The notes: generated from the sequence alone by a model not told the origin. Shown: positions 1-14,374, numbered from the whole stretch's first letter. The stretch is DNA of 63,554 nt, filler included, from Octopus bimaculoides (GCF_001194135.2; 4 parts of 4 records of this genome joined end to end with filler, not necessarily neighbours in it), one strand, 5' to 3'. Numbers and translations are program-made.

Positions 1-340
1 ATATATATATATATATATATATAGGTAAATGATAGGGTTGCCTCAATCCTTTAGGGGTAGTCTGAAGCATCCAAGCAACCAGGGGATGTTTAAATCCGGA
101 GGCACTCTTGGGGATCACCTGTACGGGTGCCATCTTGGGTAGAGGGCATCCACAAGTAGGTAATTTATTGTTTAAACCATAGTTTATAATTATATTTATG
201 CGGAGAATGGAGCAACAAAAACGAGAAGAAGTAGTTCTGTTGGGCTAGTTAGCCGTTGTTTTATTGTGTGGAGGTTATGTAATGAGTCATTGTGGAGGTT
301 GAGGTTATGTAGTGAGTCATTGTGAATGTTATGTAATAGT

Positions 341-392
341 CATTTACGTACGTTTCAATCTAGCCAATGGTTTGGCAGATCTCATCAGAATG
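341..392 (-). ncRNA. Minimal type-I hammerhead ribozyme, intact core
   Basis: Minus strand reads CATT-CTGATGA-GATCTGCCAA(ACCA)TTGGCTAGATT-GAAAC-GTAC-GTA-AATG. Stem I is CATT/AATG, stem II is ~10 bp, stem III is the palindrome ACGTACGT, and the cleavage triplet is GUA. Confidence 0.85.
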
Positions 393-1046
393 TTGAGGAG
401 TATGTTGAGAGTTCGTGGTGCGAGGGATGTAGGAGAAGTGATTGGTGGGTATATTAATGTATATGGTGGTGTAATAATAGCGATAGGTAAAGCAAGCCTT
501 ACCTTTTAGTTGAAGTTGTGTTGGTCTTCCTGTAAGGGGGTGTAGGATGGGTGCTATTTAAGCTCTTATTCGTATCTATTAAACAGGAGATATGAATCTA
601 GTCTAATCTGTCTTCACGCTACTAAATACTCATTCTCTAAGTATAATTAAATATATAATACACTACACCTCCTAAGCTAAACTAAATATGTATAAAAGAA
701 CTTTCCCTCTAAGTATTATTAATTATAAGTAGATACGAATAAGACCAGAGTTATCCCCCTTTTCACCTAAATTTAAGGTTGCTTCCCTGAACTAACACCG
801 CCGGTACTATAAATATACGACGGATCCCTCAATCATAAAATCACGTGGAGATGCACTTGATTAAAACCGGAATAATGAGCTTAAATAGCACCCATCCTAC
901 ATCCCCTTACAGGAAGACCAACACAACTTCAACTAAAACGTAAGACTTGCTTTACCTATCGCTATTATTACACCACCATATACATTAATATACCCACCAA
1001 TCACTTCTACATCCCTCGTACCACGAACTCTCAACATACTCCTCAA

Positions 1047-1098
1047 CATTCTGCTGAGATCTGCCAAACCACTGGCTAGATTGAAACGTACGTAAATG
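1047..1098 (+). ncRNA. Hammerhead copy with core mutation (CUGCUGA)
   Basis: Same fold as 341-392 but the core reads CTGCTGA and there is one stem II mismatch. Confidence 0.75.
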
Positions 1099-1240
1099 AC
1101 TATTACATAACATTCACAATGACTCACTACATAACCTCAACCTCCACAATGACTCATTACATAACCTCAATACAATAAAACAACGGCTAACTAGCCCAAC
1201 AGAACTGCTTCTTCTCGTATTTGTTGCTCCATTCTCCACA

Positions 1241-1343
<103 letters not shown>

Positions 1344-1677
1344 ATGTGTGTAGGTATATGTATACCACGGCTGAGCCCAGAAGCATGTGATTGGGGATCA
1401 CGCTTCTTAACACACAAACACTTAGAGCAGAGAGGTGAGAGTGGGGTGTATTTAATTCGTTTTCAGGTGTATCATAACTTTGTTAGTTCTATAATAGCTA
1501 TTACGTTAATGAAATACAGGTGTATACACAAACACGGGCACATAAACTCGTATTTATATATGTGTGTGTTTCTATGTGTGTATATATNNNNNNNNNNNNN
1601 NNNNNNNNNNNNNNNNNNNNNNNNNNNNNNNNNNNNNNNNNNNNNNNNNNNNNNNNNNNNNNNNNNNNNNNNNNNNN

Positions 1678-1741
<64 letters not shown>

Positions 1742-1762
1742 TGGGGTGAGTGTGTGAATGTA

Positions 1763-2332
1763 TGACAAGGCTGACTTGACCGAGAGAATAACATTCTTCT
1801 ACTGCTCTAGGTTCCAATTCTGTAGGATTTTACTCCACCCTAAACGCTTTGCAACGTTTATTTTTGAAAGTAGAGATTTTCTGATTGTAGCCCTCCTGTG
1901 AAATCCTGCTTTGTGCAACTCCCGGTGAAAAGTTTTTTTCTGGAAACTGTCATTAATCTCTGCAGTAATTTTCTTCCGGAGTTTTGTTTCGACGAGGAGA
2001 TTTTACCCTCTTTCTCAAAGGCTGTCATTACTTTCGAGACTACTTTTGGATACACCAAACATTTCAGCTGCTTTCGTTACGCTAGCGCCAGCCATCCGAG
2101 TACCAAGAATTTGACTTGTTTGAAAGTCCGAAAGTTCTGTCATTTTAATAAATTTTAATTACATTTTTCTGATGATATCCCAAAAGAAACAGCAAGTTTA
2201 GATAAAACATATAAAGCAACACTAATAATAAATGAAAGAAACATCATTAAACAAGCTTTTGACGGTTTTATAGATATTTCTAAATTATGATGCTATGATG
2301 CTAGGTGTCTCCATTATTTTGTCCAACCCCTG
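1763..2332 (-). mobile_element. Tc1-family transposon, 5' part with TIR and internally deleted N-terminal transposase
   Basis: TIR ...ggtgtctccattattttgtccaacccctg followed by TA at 2333-2334. ORF 1858..2058 (KEGKISSSKQNSGRK) is homologous to the copy at 12599-13890. Confidence 0.85.
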
Positions 2333-2889
2333 TATGTATGCTGTCTACGAGTGTGATGCAACATTTTAAAACATACCATGTACGTTTGATTCAGTGTATC
2401 TTTATATTCAGGGTTAAGTGTTATTTAATATTTCTATTCTCCATTCACCTTCTGTATTACACATACATGTATGTGCGCGCGTTTCTGTGTTTCTGTGCAT
2501 GTGTATGCGTGCGTGTGTGTGCCTGTGTTTGTGCGTGAGTATTTGCGTGTACATTTCTGTGTGTGTGTATGTGCGTATGTATTTCTGTCTAGTTATCGAA
2601 CAAGTTTTAAGAATTATAACATATGTACTAGTCGCATACAGGTTTCTAACAGGACTGATATGTGTGCTTCGGATATTTAACCTTATTAATAATTGAAGAA
2701 GCAGTGGTTTCAATAGCAAGTAATGGACCCAATAAATATTTAATATTGCTAAATAACCTCATGTTCGATTACTTCCAAATCAATCACGATGACCTAATAA
2801 TCTGTTATAATGACCCGTGTGACAATGCGTCACTTCTGTAAAGTGTTTGTTAGCTGTGACCGCAATCGTATGGTGTGTATTCAATTTAC

Positions 2890-2936
2890 CTTCAGAAGTT
2901 CTCCTGCAAGATGCAGGAACTTTTTGTAATCATCAA
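2890..2936 (-). CDS. Candidate 47-nt coding exon of an unidentified gene (xDDYKKFLHLAGELLK)
   Basis: Minus strand has acceptor cttatttctttccAG and donor AAG|GTAAAT with an open phase-1 frame. No family recognised. Confidence 0.3.
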
Positions 2937-3023
2937 CTGGAAAGAAATAAGTTACGATTCTTGTCTTTTATGCACATAAATACATATACAATCAAGCACA
3001 TGCACAAACGCACACACAGATAC

Positions 3024-3054
<31 letters not shown>

Positions 3055-3414
3055 GATATACACACACAAACAAGCACCCACTCATAGAGAGGGTGTTGTC
3101 TAAACACCCGTGAATCAGTCAGAAAAAAAAAAAACATTGCGTTGCGCGTATATATTTTAACAGAGCGGGTATATTGTGGTTTATTTCATCACAAAATTTC
3201 AAACCTACTGTAGAAAAAAGTGATCAAATACAAATGCACAGTCTCATAATAATGAAATTACAAAAGGGTTTCATATTAGAATTTGAGAACAAGCTTTACC
3301 AATTTTCAAAATTGCCCTTAAAGTATATGGTCATGCATTTCTTTTGGTCACTTAAAAGTTGCCCGATTCGACCCATTTGATGTGAATATATACAATATAT
3401 ACATACATACATAC

Positions 3415-3459
<45 letters not shown>

Positions 3460-4085
3460 TGTATGTGGGTGTGGGTGTGTGGGTGTGTTTGTGTGTGTGT
3501 TTGTGTGTTTGTGTGTGTGTGTGTGTTTGCGTTTGTATGTGCGTGTGCGTGTTAGTGCGTGTGAGAAAAAACGTCAGAGAGGGAGATTGTGTGTGTTTTA
3601 TATAAGCGATGAGAGAGATAAAGTTATAGTGACATTTTATGCATTCTTCACCGTGACTGAGTGGTTCAGTTCAACTACGGATTCAATACCACTGCGTGGT
3701 ATTCTTCAGAGCGCGTCTATACGATAGCTTACCCTTGAGCCAAAGTTAGTGAGTGATTTTGGTAGACGAGACAGAATACTTTTCTTAGATTGTCGAATAG
3801 ACTGTACCATTAGTTTTCCCCAAATCCAACCATTTTGCACTCTGTCACACCAATTCTAATTGAGAATTACATGCAGGGTATATCTGTCAGTAGATTATAC
3901 AGTCAAATCTTTCTTCTGTTGAACACTAGACATGCATATTCCGATACTGAAGGAAATGTCAATCCGAGAGACATACACTGGCTCACTCACATACATATAC
4001 ATACATGTATGCAAACCTTGTATACACATGCCTATACGCATATAGTCACAGACACACACGCAGATGCACGCACATACACATATGC

Positions 4086-4124
<39 letters not shown>

Positions 4125-5247
4125 CATACATACATGTGCATGCATACGTATACATACATACATATGCACATATACGTATATAAACATATATTCATACACA
4201 TATGTACATCAGCTTACTTTCTGAATGAAATATAAGAGCACTTAATACGAAGTATAGCTTTTATATGCAATAAGCGTCACATGATGATTCATTCCATTTG
4301 TTCCACAAAGATTCGCTCGCATATTACGTGCATGACCAATCATGCATTATTTTGTGAATTATTAACGCTGTACGCTGTACCCTGTACGCTGTAGCACACC
4401 AGCTGTGCTTATTCTGAATGGTCAATTGGGATCACGGATTCAAGTAGGGTTAAAAAAATATTCTCATTATGTTATTAGGGATGATCGAATGATCATGATC
4501 AAAATAAAATGACTCTGTCGAGTATCTGAGCTCCGTCAACATCAGCTACACGGCCGCACTTTTGATTTATTTGCGTTGTGGTTGAATCAGTATACCAGGG
4601 TGTTTGGAGCGAAAAGCAGCAGTTCAAAATTACATCTACGATGAGAATAGCCCATTATATTAGATATTCAGTTACATAGTCTTGTATGATTTAATATGTG
4701 CATTTTATCTGTTAGGCATATACTGCATTTAGGGAATCGATTTAAGTATATTGCAGGCTTTTTGATGATACACATTATTGTTGAAGTACATTCCGATCAA
4801 TAGTCTCTACATATACTGGCGCATTTAGATTGAGGACGTAAAACAAATGCGATAAGATGCTGTTAATAATAATTTTTTATATGCCCTTACATAGACTGTT
4901 TAATTTGTTCCAGTAACGTCTCTGTGTTTTACCTAATCACTACATGTTCCTAATATAATATTTATATAATATTTAATGTTTTCTGAAAGGAATTGCTGCA
5001 GGTTTATATCATGTTTCAAGTTGCAGCCGTGTACCTTTATTTTGGTTATAGTTTGTGATGTACTAAACGATGTATAATTAAGTGACTTTGTCCACTTTAA
5101 AATATCGTTGTAGTTCTGTGTTCTTGCGAAATATCGTTGTATTTGTTGTGTTCTTACTACAGATGAAACAGATTGCCTCCTTCTTAGGTATTCTATTATA
5201 GTATACAATATGGATATCACAGTCTGTATAATATTCTCTTGCAAATA

Positions 5248-5462
5248 AGGCGGCGAGCTTGGCTGAAACTGTAGCACGCCGACCGAAATGCTTAATGGTA
5301 TTTCGTCTGTCATTACGTTCTGAGTTCAAATTCCGCTAAGATCGACTTTGCATTTTATCCTTTCGGGGTCGATAAATTAAGTACCAGGTGCATACTGAGG
5401 TCCAACTTATCGACTTGCCTCCTCCCCCATAATTTCGGGCCTTGTGTCAAGAGTAGAAAAGA
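5248..5462 (+). mobile_element. tRNA-derived SINE, family A (copy 1 of tandem pair)
   Basis: Head with B-box-like gagttcaaattcc, central gtcgactttgcctttcatcctttcggggtcgataaattaagtaccag-type block, tail gccttgtg...agtagaaaag. Flanked by copies of a 17-bp repeat. Confidence 0.9.
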
Positions 5463-5479
5463 ATATTCTCTTACAAGTA

Positions 5480-5693
5480 AGGAGGTGAACTGGCAGAAAT
5501 GCTTAGCACGCAGGGCGAAATGCTTAGCAGGATTTCGTTTGTCTTTACATTCTGAGATCAAATTCCACCGAGGTCGACTTTGCCTTTCACCCTTTCGGAG
5601 TCGATAAAATAAGTATCAGTTGCGTACTGGAGTCGATCTAATCGACTGGCCCTGTCCCCAAAACATTCGGGCCTTGTGCCTAGAACAGAAAGT
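5480..5693 (+). mobile_element. tRNA-derived SINE, family A (copy 2 of tandem pair)
   Basis: Full-length homolog directly downstream of copy 1. Confidence 0.9.
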
Positions 5694-6042
5694 ATATTCC
5701 CTTGCAAATACTACAAGTGCATATTACATACTATGATACATTTCCAACGTCATAAGATTTCAGGAGCTTCTCGAAGTTATACTCTAAGTAAGGTATTAAA
5801 ATCTGGTATGTAGTGTGGAGAAATAAATTAGAGAAATAGTGTATAAAAACTGCTACAAAATCACCGCGCATCTATTATTTCCAGCAGAGTTGTTTCATTC
5901 AGTGTCAGTAAATGAAATATANNNNNNNNNNNNNNNNNNNNNNNNNNNNNNNNNNNNNNNNNNNNNNNNNNNNNNNNNNNNNNNNNNNNNNNNNNNNNNN
6001 NNNNNNNNNNNNNNNNNNNNNNNNNNNNNNNNNNNNNNNNNN

Positions 6043-6078
<36 letters not shown>

Positions 6079-8061
6079 GGGGGGGGGAGACAGAGAGAGA
6101 ATGAGAGAGAGAGAGAAAGTGTGTGTGAGATCATGTGTGTGTGTACATTCATATATGCGTGCCTACGTGCTATTGTTAGTGCACTTGTATGCCTCTTTTC
6201 TTCCTCAGCCAATATAAGGATTCGTAAATAGGAATATATTTACATAAGATTTGACATTATCAGATAATATACGGGCGTGTGTTTGGTCATTATATACGAG
6301 TTTTGTATTAGTTGTAAATATCATATGATTTTCTTTCAAATTTCTTACACAATGTCCAGCTTAATAGATTTTTTATTAAGCATATGATATATTTACGACG
6401 GCTGACATGTATGTGAAAATTGCTTAAAAACGTAGATATCTGGAAATAAATTTATCTTGCTTCAAACAAATACGGCCTAATGTGTATTATAAATGGTTTT
6501 ATTTTTCGCTTATACATCCGAGAATATTGAATATGTATTTGTTGTTGCTTTCTCAAATGGATTAGATGAATAATATCTAATTACTTTTCACACAAGAAAC
6601 ATTAACGAATCTATGAATTAATAGACTCCCTTCATTTCATATATCGACCGAAGTGTATAACACGAAAGTTACAATTATAATATAATAATCAGAAAATCAA
6701 TCTGTTAATGCATTACATGCGAAAATATAAACAATGCATAAATGTCATTTAGTGTCATTAAATATATTTTATTTCTATGAATCATACCATTAATCTTCAC
6801 TTATAAATCTTTTTCTGTCATATTACGCGATTTCTTTTATTCGCTCCAGTGTGATAGGGTATTTTGTATCAGAACAGTGACGATATTAATTGTAAGTGCA
6901 ACATTAGGTGAGTCAGTATGTATATACAAAGGAAATAGTCTGAACTTATACAAACGATATATATTTCATGGATTTGCCTAATGGAAAGTAAGAAGGTCTA
7001 GTGAAAAGAAAAAATAATAGCAAAAATGTCATCAATATTTCAGGCTAACGGAACAGAAAGTTGATACAATATTTTATGCAGTTTTTTAATAATTTTTTTT
7101 TTTAATGAGAAACTTATCTGTTTTAATAACTTAGTTATGATATGGAGTGTAAGTAGTATATCATTGCTTACAAATAACTCTAGTTTTAATGTTACGATAT
7201 CGTTGGTTGACTGTCTCTTATTTACTTTATAATTTCATACACATTTAAATGTGTATGAAATTTACTACGGAAGGATTTGAGTGCATTGAATAGAATATTA
7301 AAAATTATTGCTAACTGCTAATTACAGGATTGTGATAGAACCGACTAATTTATATTATGTGACAGTAATAATCAACAACGTGGTGGTTCAATATCATCAA
7401 TAAAATATCCAGTTTAATAGATTTGAACTTTTCAAATGATGTATTTCTTTCGTTAAGTGAGATATTGTTTATGGAAGATTGTTCCTGACTTACCTACATA
7501 TTTGACTCCGTTTAATTATCGTTATACACTTCGACTTTTATCACCATTTCTTGTATTGAACATAATCTTGCTCGTCTATAATGGCAGTAATATATTGATC
7601 AGGCTGATCTATGTTATTTGGTAACATTAATTTCCATTATGAATTCAAATGACCCCACCATGTTAGTTTTCTCTTTTACCCTTTGGAAAGCAAGAAATGC
7701 ATATACAAGTGAAGTAAATGTTAAGATATAATCTTCTATACCAGTGTATTTGGTGATTCAGCTTAGCAACAAGTAAATGACTGAAAGCGTACACAAAGAC
7801 AGAAAATAAATTACACTGCGCAAATAATTCCATCACAGCCTGGTGGCACACGTAGCATTTGAACGTAGAATACATATGACAATGCTAAATACCAAGTAAC
7901 TGCACATAAAGCTTCCCACTCTATATCAATTCTGATGCTACAAGGCATATGCTAATAAATCGATCAGAACAGTATACTAAGATATATTGGTTAAGATTAA
8001 TATAGTGCTGTGCCCGACCTACTTACATGGCTTTTGTTGTCTTAGAGATTTCTGATACTTC

Positions 8062-8097
<36 letters not shown>

Positions 8098-8129
8098 GAT
8101 ACACACTGCGCACACACTGAGTCATACAC

Positions 8130-8452
8130 ACCAGAGTAATCGGCTCATTATCTTAAAGTCGTGAGTTCAATTTCTGGCAGCCTGTTGTATCCTTGAGCAC
8201 GACACTTTAATTCCCGTTGGTTCAGTCTACTTAGTTAAGTAAGGTCTACTTTAAATTCAAAGGACCATCCTTTTCACGTAGTTTGTCACACTGGAACATC
8301 CTCAGAACTACGATAAAGGTATGCGTGTTTGTGGAGTACTCTGCCACTTACGCTTTTACTCGTTTCAGCCATGTAGCTGAGGTCATGCTGAAGCACCGCT
8401 TGCGCGTTTATTTTACGAGAAGGTTGTTCAGTTGATTGGATCAACTGGAAAA
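8130..8452 (+). mobile_element. Degraded tRNA-derived SINE, family C, interrupted by a family-B fragment (~8355-8400)
   Basis: B-box-like gtgagttcaatttc, then tatccttgagcacgacactt ... aactacgataaaggtatgcgtgtttgtggagtactctgccact. The embedded ttttactcgtttcagccatg...gcaccgc is a family-B 3' end. Confidence 0.6.
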
Positions 8453-8461
8453 GTAAACTAT

Positions 8462-8504
<43 letters not shown>

Positions 8505-9695
8505 TGTGTGTGTATTTGTGTGTGTGTGTGTACACTATATTTGAATGAAGTTTAAAATGCAAACAATATCTGCCTATGAATTGGATTATTTTGATGGAAC
8601 TATTCCATGTAAGAAGGGACCGGAAGAATATAAACCATTCATATGTACCAAAATATAAGCAAAGAATTCCAATTCAATGCGTGATAACAAACCGGCTATC
8701 GGTTCAGAACATTTTAAACAGGGAACACCACTTGAATCACAGTAAGTTAATTTTCTAAAAACATCCATCCAAAGCTATTTAAATCCGTCATAATGAAAAT
8801 ATTCCTAACTGTGCACGTATATAACTAATTTAAAGATTTAGATAGAGATCATTCTACATTAAATTATCATTGTACGTTAGGTTGCTGTATGACTCAGCTG
8901 TACTTCAATAACTTCATAATCAATGCGTAGATGACGAATGAAACATCAATTGGAACTGTAAACTTGTAACACTCTTCCGGAAGACTTAATCTCTCCAGCC
9001 ATCTTCTTGAAGAATCGCACAGAGATGCAAATCACTAATTTGTCATCGGTTTTAAGCCTATGAATCTATCTAAACTAATCTAAGGATGAGAAATAAACAC
9101 ATAATGATATCCGTATCAAATTCAGTGGCTAACGATGGTAAGTGCATTAGACCCTGAATACAAATTCATACATACACCATATACATATATATATATATAT
9201 ATACATACACACACATATATATATATATATACATACACATGTATGCATGCACGTGTGTATAGAGTTGTGCAAATGCAACGCTTAGTCAGGTAACCTGTGA
9301 CGGCATTGATACGTTGATTACATAAGGGTAAGATTATAAAGATTGAAAGTGCTCCAGGGAGCTAACAGGGAGCTCAGAACTCTCAAATTGGTCATAAAGT
9401 ATTGCTTTGAAAATACGATTATTCTCATACACGCGCAAGATGCATGCCTACACCAACTATGTTGAGGACTTGCATCATTGAGAAGAAACACAATTCAAGA
9501 GGAATCCTATGAAACATTTTCAGATATGAAAAAAGTATATTACGCAAAAGGGTTCCAAGCTGAATAAATTCTTCTCTACTATGAACAGTTTTTCATTTAT
9601 TTCTCTTCTTTTTGTTTTCTTGCACTGCAGGAAGTACTGTCGTACACACACACTCACACACACTCTCTCTCTCTCTATCTCACACATACACACAC

Positions 9696-9727
<32 letters not shown>

Positions 9728-10680
9728 TTGTGTCTGTGCGCGCGCGCGCGTGTACCTGTGCGCATTCAAAAATCACACTTTGTGTTTCAGGCACTGGGAC
9801 AAAAGAAAAGCGACCAAATTATCCAGTCATATATAGTCTTTAAAAGATAAAGGTGTCAGTTACAATATCCATTGTAAGATCCTAGGATTTGCTTTCTATA
9901 TTGTGTCTATGTATAAGCTTTTTACCCTCCCATACTTTTTACTTGGATTTTATATTTCTATATTTTTATATATTTTTTATATTTTTTTAAATATGTTATA
10001 TTTTTCACATAAATATAGAGTTAATGTTTCTGTATTTTTTCCACACATATTTCTCTATTTTTCTCCACTCCACCCTGTTTCTTGCTGGTGCGTCTATAGA
10101 CGTGTACATGGAACCTTATATGCGCGGTTGTGAGTGTGTGCGGGTACGTGTGTATATAGATATATGTGCGTGCATGCGAAAATATGCGCAGTTTTAGACG
10201 CGTTTTAACCTTATAGCTTTCCCACACTATTTCTTGCTTTTAGCCCTATATAAAATCAATGTTTATGTGTGTGCGTGGGTAAGGGTGTGGGGTTGTTGTG
10301 TGTGTTGAGTGTGGATGTGTATGCGTGTATATATACGCATATGTACATATATGTATAGTCTTTGGCGAGTATGTGGGTGAGCATGTGTGTGTTTAAAGCG
10401 AATATAGGCGAATGTACGGATTGGAGCGCTTACGCGAATCTATAGACTTCTCTACGCCCTTACCTTTACCGTACTTAGTGATCTATTAGCTATTTTGTCC
10501 TAATGATGGTCACCACACAGTAATTTCCCTTTGTTTAACGGTAATTTTTCACAAGAATTTTCAATGGCCGGATAACTGAAGAGATGTTGGCGTGGGCTCC
10601 CATCCCGGCTTCCGAAACTCGGAGATTTATCATGGCTACCGAATAAGTGTCACACACACAGATATATATATATATATATA

Positions 10681-10760
10681 GGAGAATATACAAAAAATAA
10701 CAACAGACGAGGACAGGTGGTGTAAATAACAAAAGTATATATTAGTATGACGCTCGGGAA
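10681..10760 (-). mobile_element. Penelope-type hammerhead repeat, truncated by an N gap
   Basis: acagacgaggacaggtggtgtaaataacaaaag...gacgctcgggaatacggaaagtctttgacgtt matches the copies at 44215 and 47507. Confidence 0.75.
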
Positions 10761-10919
10761 TACGGAAAGTCTTTGACGTTNNNNNNNNNNNNNNNNNNNN
10801 NNNNNNNNNNNNNNNNNNNNNNNNNNNNNNNNNNNNNNNNNNNNNNNNNNNNNNNNNNNNNNNNNNNNNNNNNNNNNNNNNNNNNNNNNNNNNNNNNNTA
10901 TATATATATATATATATAT

Positions 10920-12590
10920 GCGAAAGAAACATGGTCACTACCTTCATAGTTGAACCTCTAATTAACAAAAGTGGGGATCTACGAGATAATACCAAAACCA
11001 TGAGTGAGATACTGCAGAAACAATACTTCATTGTTTTCAACAATCCTGATATGGCCTATCTTGGTTGTATCAGTGACGATCATCCCCAACACACTACATC
11101 CGACATTACGTTTAGCGCTTCTGATGTCTTAGCGGAAATAAACGAAATTAAGCACAATTCAGCAGTAGGCTTTGATATGTTCCCTGCTTGCGTCCTGAAG
11201 ATGTGTCGACAGCAACTTGCATTTCCTATTTATAATCTGTGAAGAAACCCACTGGATGCTTGCTATATTCCTGAAAATTTTGTATCCCAGTCTGTAGTCC
11301 TAGGTTTTCAAAATGTCCCTTGAATTGAACTACTCATTTCTCATATCATCAATGTATTTGAGATAGTGGTGAGATCACGAATAATCCACTTTCTTGAAAA
11401 CAACATGGTTCCGTTATGGAAGGAACTTCCTAACGTAGTTCCTGCATCACTTTGATGATATTTTGGAAGCTTTGGAAGAGGGCTCCAACACCGATGTCGC
11501 CTACCTTGATTTTAGCAATGCCTTTGACAGGGTGGATCATAAGATTCTCTTTAAAAAACTATCGAACATCGGTGTCTAGAAAGTTACTACAATGGATTAA
11601 GTGTAGCCTAAAAGAAAGAACCTATCATGCTGATTAAATCAAGCCCAGCCAAAGTCAGCAGTGGTTTTCCACAAGGCATTGTGTTGGGCCCACTTCTTTT
11701 CATCATCTTCATCAATGACACTGCTGACAACATCAAGCACAGCAACATAAGGATCTTTGCAGATGAATCCAAACTCCAGAAGGCCATCAGTGGAGTGGGC
11801 GACTAGATATTTTTTCAATTAATCTACTTCGAAAAAGAGGACACCCTAAAAATCTCACACTCCCTTCCTTAAGGTGAAACTCTAATGGCATCCAACATCA
11901 GACACTTGGGAATAATTGTGGTCAACAACGTCAACTGGACCGCTCATATAAACAGCAAAGTTGATATGGCCCGCACAATGTGCTGCTGGATTCTCAGAAC
12001 TTTCCAGTCGAAAGATATCTACACCATTATCCTTCTCTTCTGTATATATGCCTGACCCCATCTTGAATACTGGTTTCTACTGTGGTCTCCCCACACAGAA
12101 CAAAATGTCATGAAAGTTGAAGTATCTCAAATGTCAATTCCAAAATAAGTATAGATGGTATGACAGGCCTTAATTATTGGGGTCGACTAGAAAGGCTCAA
12201 GCTTATTCTCTCCAAATTCACCGGGAACGCTTCATCATCTGTATCATGTAGAAAATATTCCATCAGAATTACCCAAATAATGCTGTCATAACTTTTAAAT
12301 ATACAACTAAGAGTTGTGCCCCTTGCAATCAGCCAACGACATAAAGTACACTCGCATCTCATAGCAACAGTGTGGCACATTCATTTCACTTCAACTGGCT
12401 CCGCTCTCTTTAAAATTACATCAAACCACATTAAAGCAGAAAGAGACCTCATAAAATTCAAGAAGTCTTTGTACAAATTCCTTCCAGAAATCTCGAATAA
12501 AGCCCCTACAGCCGGATAATCTCTGTAAACAATAGCACCGTACTTGAATGATCCATGTTGTCCGATTCCTGATTTGAATGACTTCGCCAG
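10920..12590 (+). mobile_element. 5'-truncated CR1-group LINE, decayed reverse transcriptase ORF
   Basis: Motifs SAVGFDMFPACVLK, YLDFSNAFDRVDH, SGFPQGIVLGPLLF, FADES, PHLEY, FKKSLYKFL; many stops and frameshifts. Confidence 0.85.
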
Positions 12591-12598
12591 GTGACATA

Positions 12599-13890
12599 CA
12601 GAGGTTGGACAAAATAATAGAAACACCTTAAAATTTCAAACAAATTTATTTTAATATGGGGTAGGACTGCATTACTTTCATTACTGCATTTGGCAGTAAT
12701 GAAAATTTGAATTCTACAAGCTATGGACTCGTACAAAGCTTGAATTGTTTCAAAAGGAATCTTCGCCTATTCTCCAATTAAAACAGTCAACAGTTCTTGT
12801 AGTGATGATGGTGGAGGATATTAACTCCTTACACGTTTTTCTAAAATGCACCATAAATGTTCAATAATGTTGAGATTTGGGGACTGTCGTGGCCAGATAA
12901 GGTGTTCAACTTCAGTAGAATGTTCCTCGTACGTTTGAATAACAAATTCGACTGTGTGAATTGGTGCATTATCATCCTGAAAGATTGCGTTTCCCTCCGA
13001 AAACGGTTCCGCAACTATAGGATGAATTTGATCAGATAAGATGCTTAAGTGATCAGGACTATAAATTCTAACATGAAGAGAAACCACAGGGCTGGCGGAT
13101 TTCCAAGATATAGCCCACGTCCCGATCATCACAGAACCTCCTCCATGTTTAACCGTTGGAAGAAGGTAGTCTGGGTCAAATGCCTCTTTTAGCTGTATCC
13201 ACACGTATATCCAGCCAGCGGTCGGAAATAAGGTAAAGGATGACTCGTCTGAGAAAACATTTTTCTACTCTATGGACCAATGCTGTAGGATTTTACTCCG
13301 CTCTAAATGCTTTGCAACGTTTCTTTTTGAAAGCAGTGGTTTGCTGATCGCAGCCCTCCCGTGAAAATCCATTTTTGTGCAGCTCTCAGCGAACAGAGTT
13401 TGTTGAAACTGGGTTCTCGAGGTGGTCAATAAGCTCTGCAGTAATTTTAGGAACATGCACTTTTGTGATCCTTTCTAACAATTCGCGTAATTGTCCAACG
13501 GTCCCAAGCTGAAGGTTTTGGTTTTCTTCCGGAGTTTTGTTTCGACGATGAAGTTTTTCTCTCTTTCACAACGGCTGTCAATGCATTCGAGACAGCACTT
13601 TTCGATACACCAAACATTTCGACTGTTTTCGTTACGCTACCGACTGTCATACGAGCACCAAGTATTCGACCTCCTAGAAAGTCCAGTAGACCTATCATTT
13701 TAATGAATTTTAATTACCCCTTTCTGACGATATCCGGAAACAAACAGCAATTTTAGCAAAACATATTAAGCAACACTAATGATAAATAAAAAAAAAACAT
13801 CAAAATATACAAGCTTTCGACGGTTTTATAGATATTTCAAAATGATGATGCTAAGATGGTAGGTGTTTCCATGATTTTGTCCAACCCCTG
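12599..13890 (-). mobile_element. Near full-length Tc1 (DD34E-type) transposon, transposase frameshifted
   Basis: TIRs TA|cagaggttggacaaaataatagaaacacct and aggtgtttccatgattttgtccaacccctg. ORF pieces show PTVKHGGGSVM, FQDDNAPIHT, WPRQSPNLNIIEHLW. Confidence 0.92.
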
Positions 13891-14374
13891 TCTGTGNNNN
13901 NNNNNNNNNNNNNNNNNNNNNNNNNNNNNNNNNNNNNNNNNNNNNNNNNNNNNNNNNNNNNNNNNNNNNNNNNNNNNNNNNNNNNNNNNNNNNNNNNNNN
14001 NNNNNNNNNNNNNNNNNNNNNNNNNNNNNNNNNNNNNNNNNNNNNNNNNNNNNNNNNNNNNNNNNNNNNNNNNNNNNNNNNNNNNNNNNNNNNNNNNNNN
14101 NNNNNNNNNNNNNNNNNNNNNNNNNNNNNNNNNNNNNNNNNNNNNNNNNNNNNNNNNNNNNNNNNNNNNNNNNNNNNNNNNNNNNNNNNNNNNNNNNNNN
14201 NNNNNNNNNNNNNNNNNNNNNNNTATATATATATATATATATATATATCGATATATGTATGTCTATACACGCAGGTATGTGTGCGCATATATGTGTATGC
14301 GTACGTACCTGTGTGCGCGTGTGTCGGTTTGCATGTGTGTGTGTGCGCGCGCAGAAACACACGCATGCACCATA

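Noticed and set aside
2168-2195. CTGATGA...GAAAC hammerhead candidate
   Set aside because: No stem II pairing; it lies in the Tc1 5' region, and the homologous position at ~13726 does not conserve it.
6230-7650. Long repeat-free AT-rich stretch, possible ancient DNA transposon or conserved element
   Set aside because: I could not identify TIRs, motifs or coding signal by eye.
7678-7780. Minus-strand exon candidate (HLLVAKLNHQIHW...FPK) phase-compatible with 2936
   Set aside because: The donor GTAAAA is weak and the peptide looks like AT-rich noise.
8552-8760. Open frames with a GTAAGT donor near 8742
   Set aside because: No convincing acceptor and no recognisable protein in any frame.
10576-10625. 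CTGAAGA...GAAAC hammerhead candidate
   Set aside because: The stem II helix does not abut GAAA, and there is no NUH triplet or stem I.
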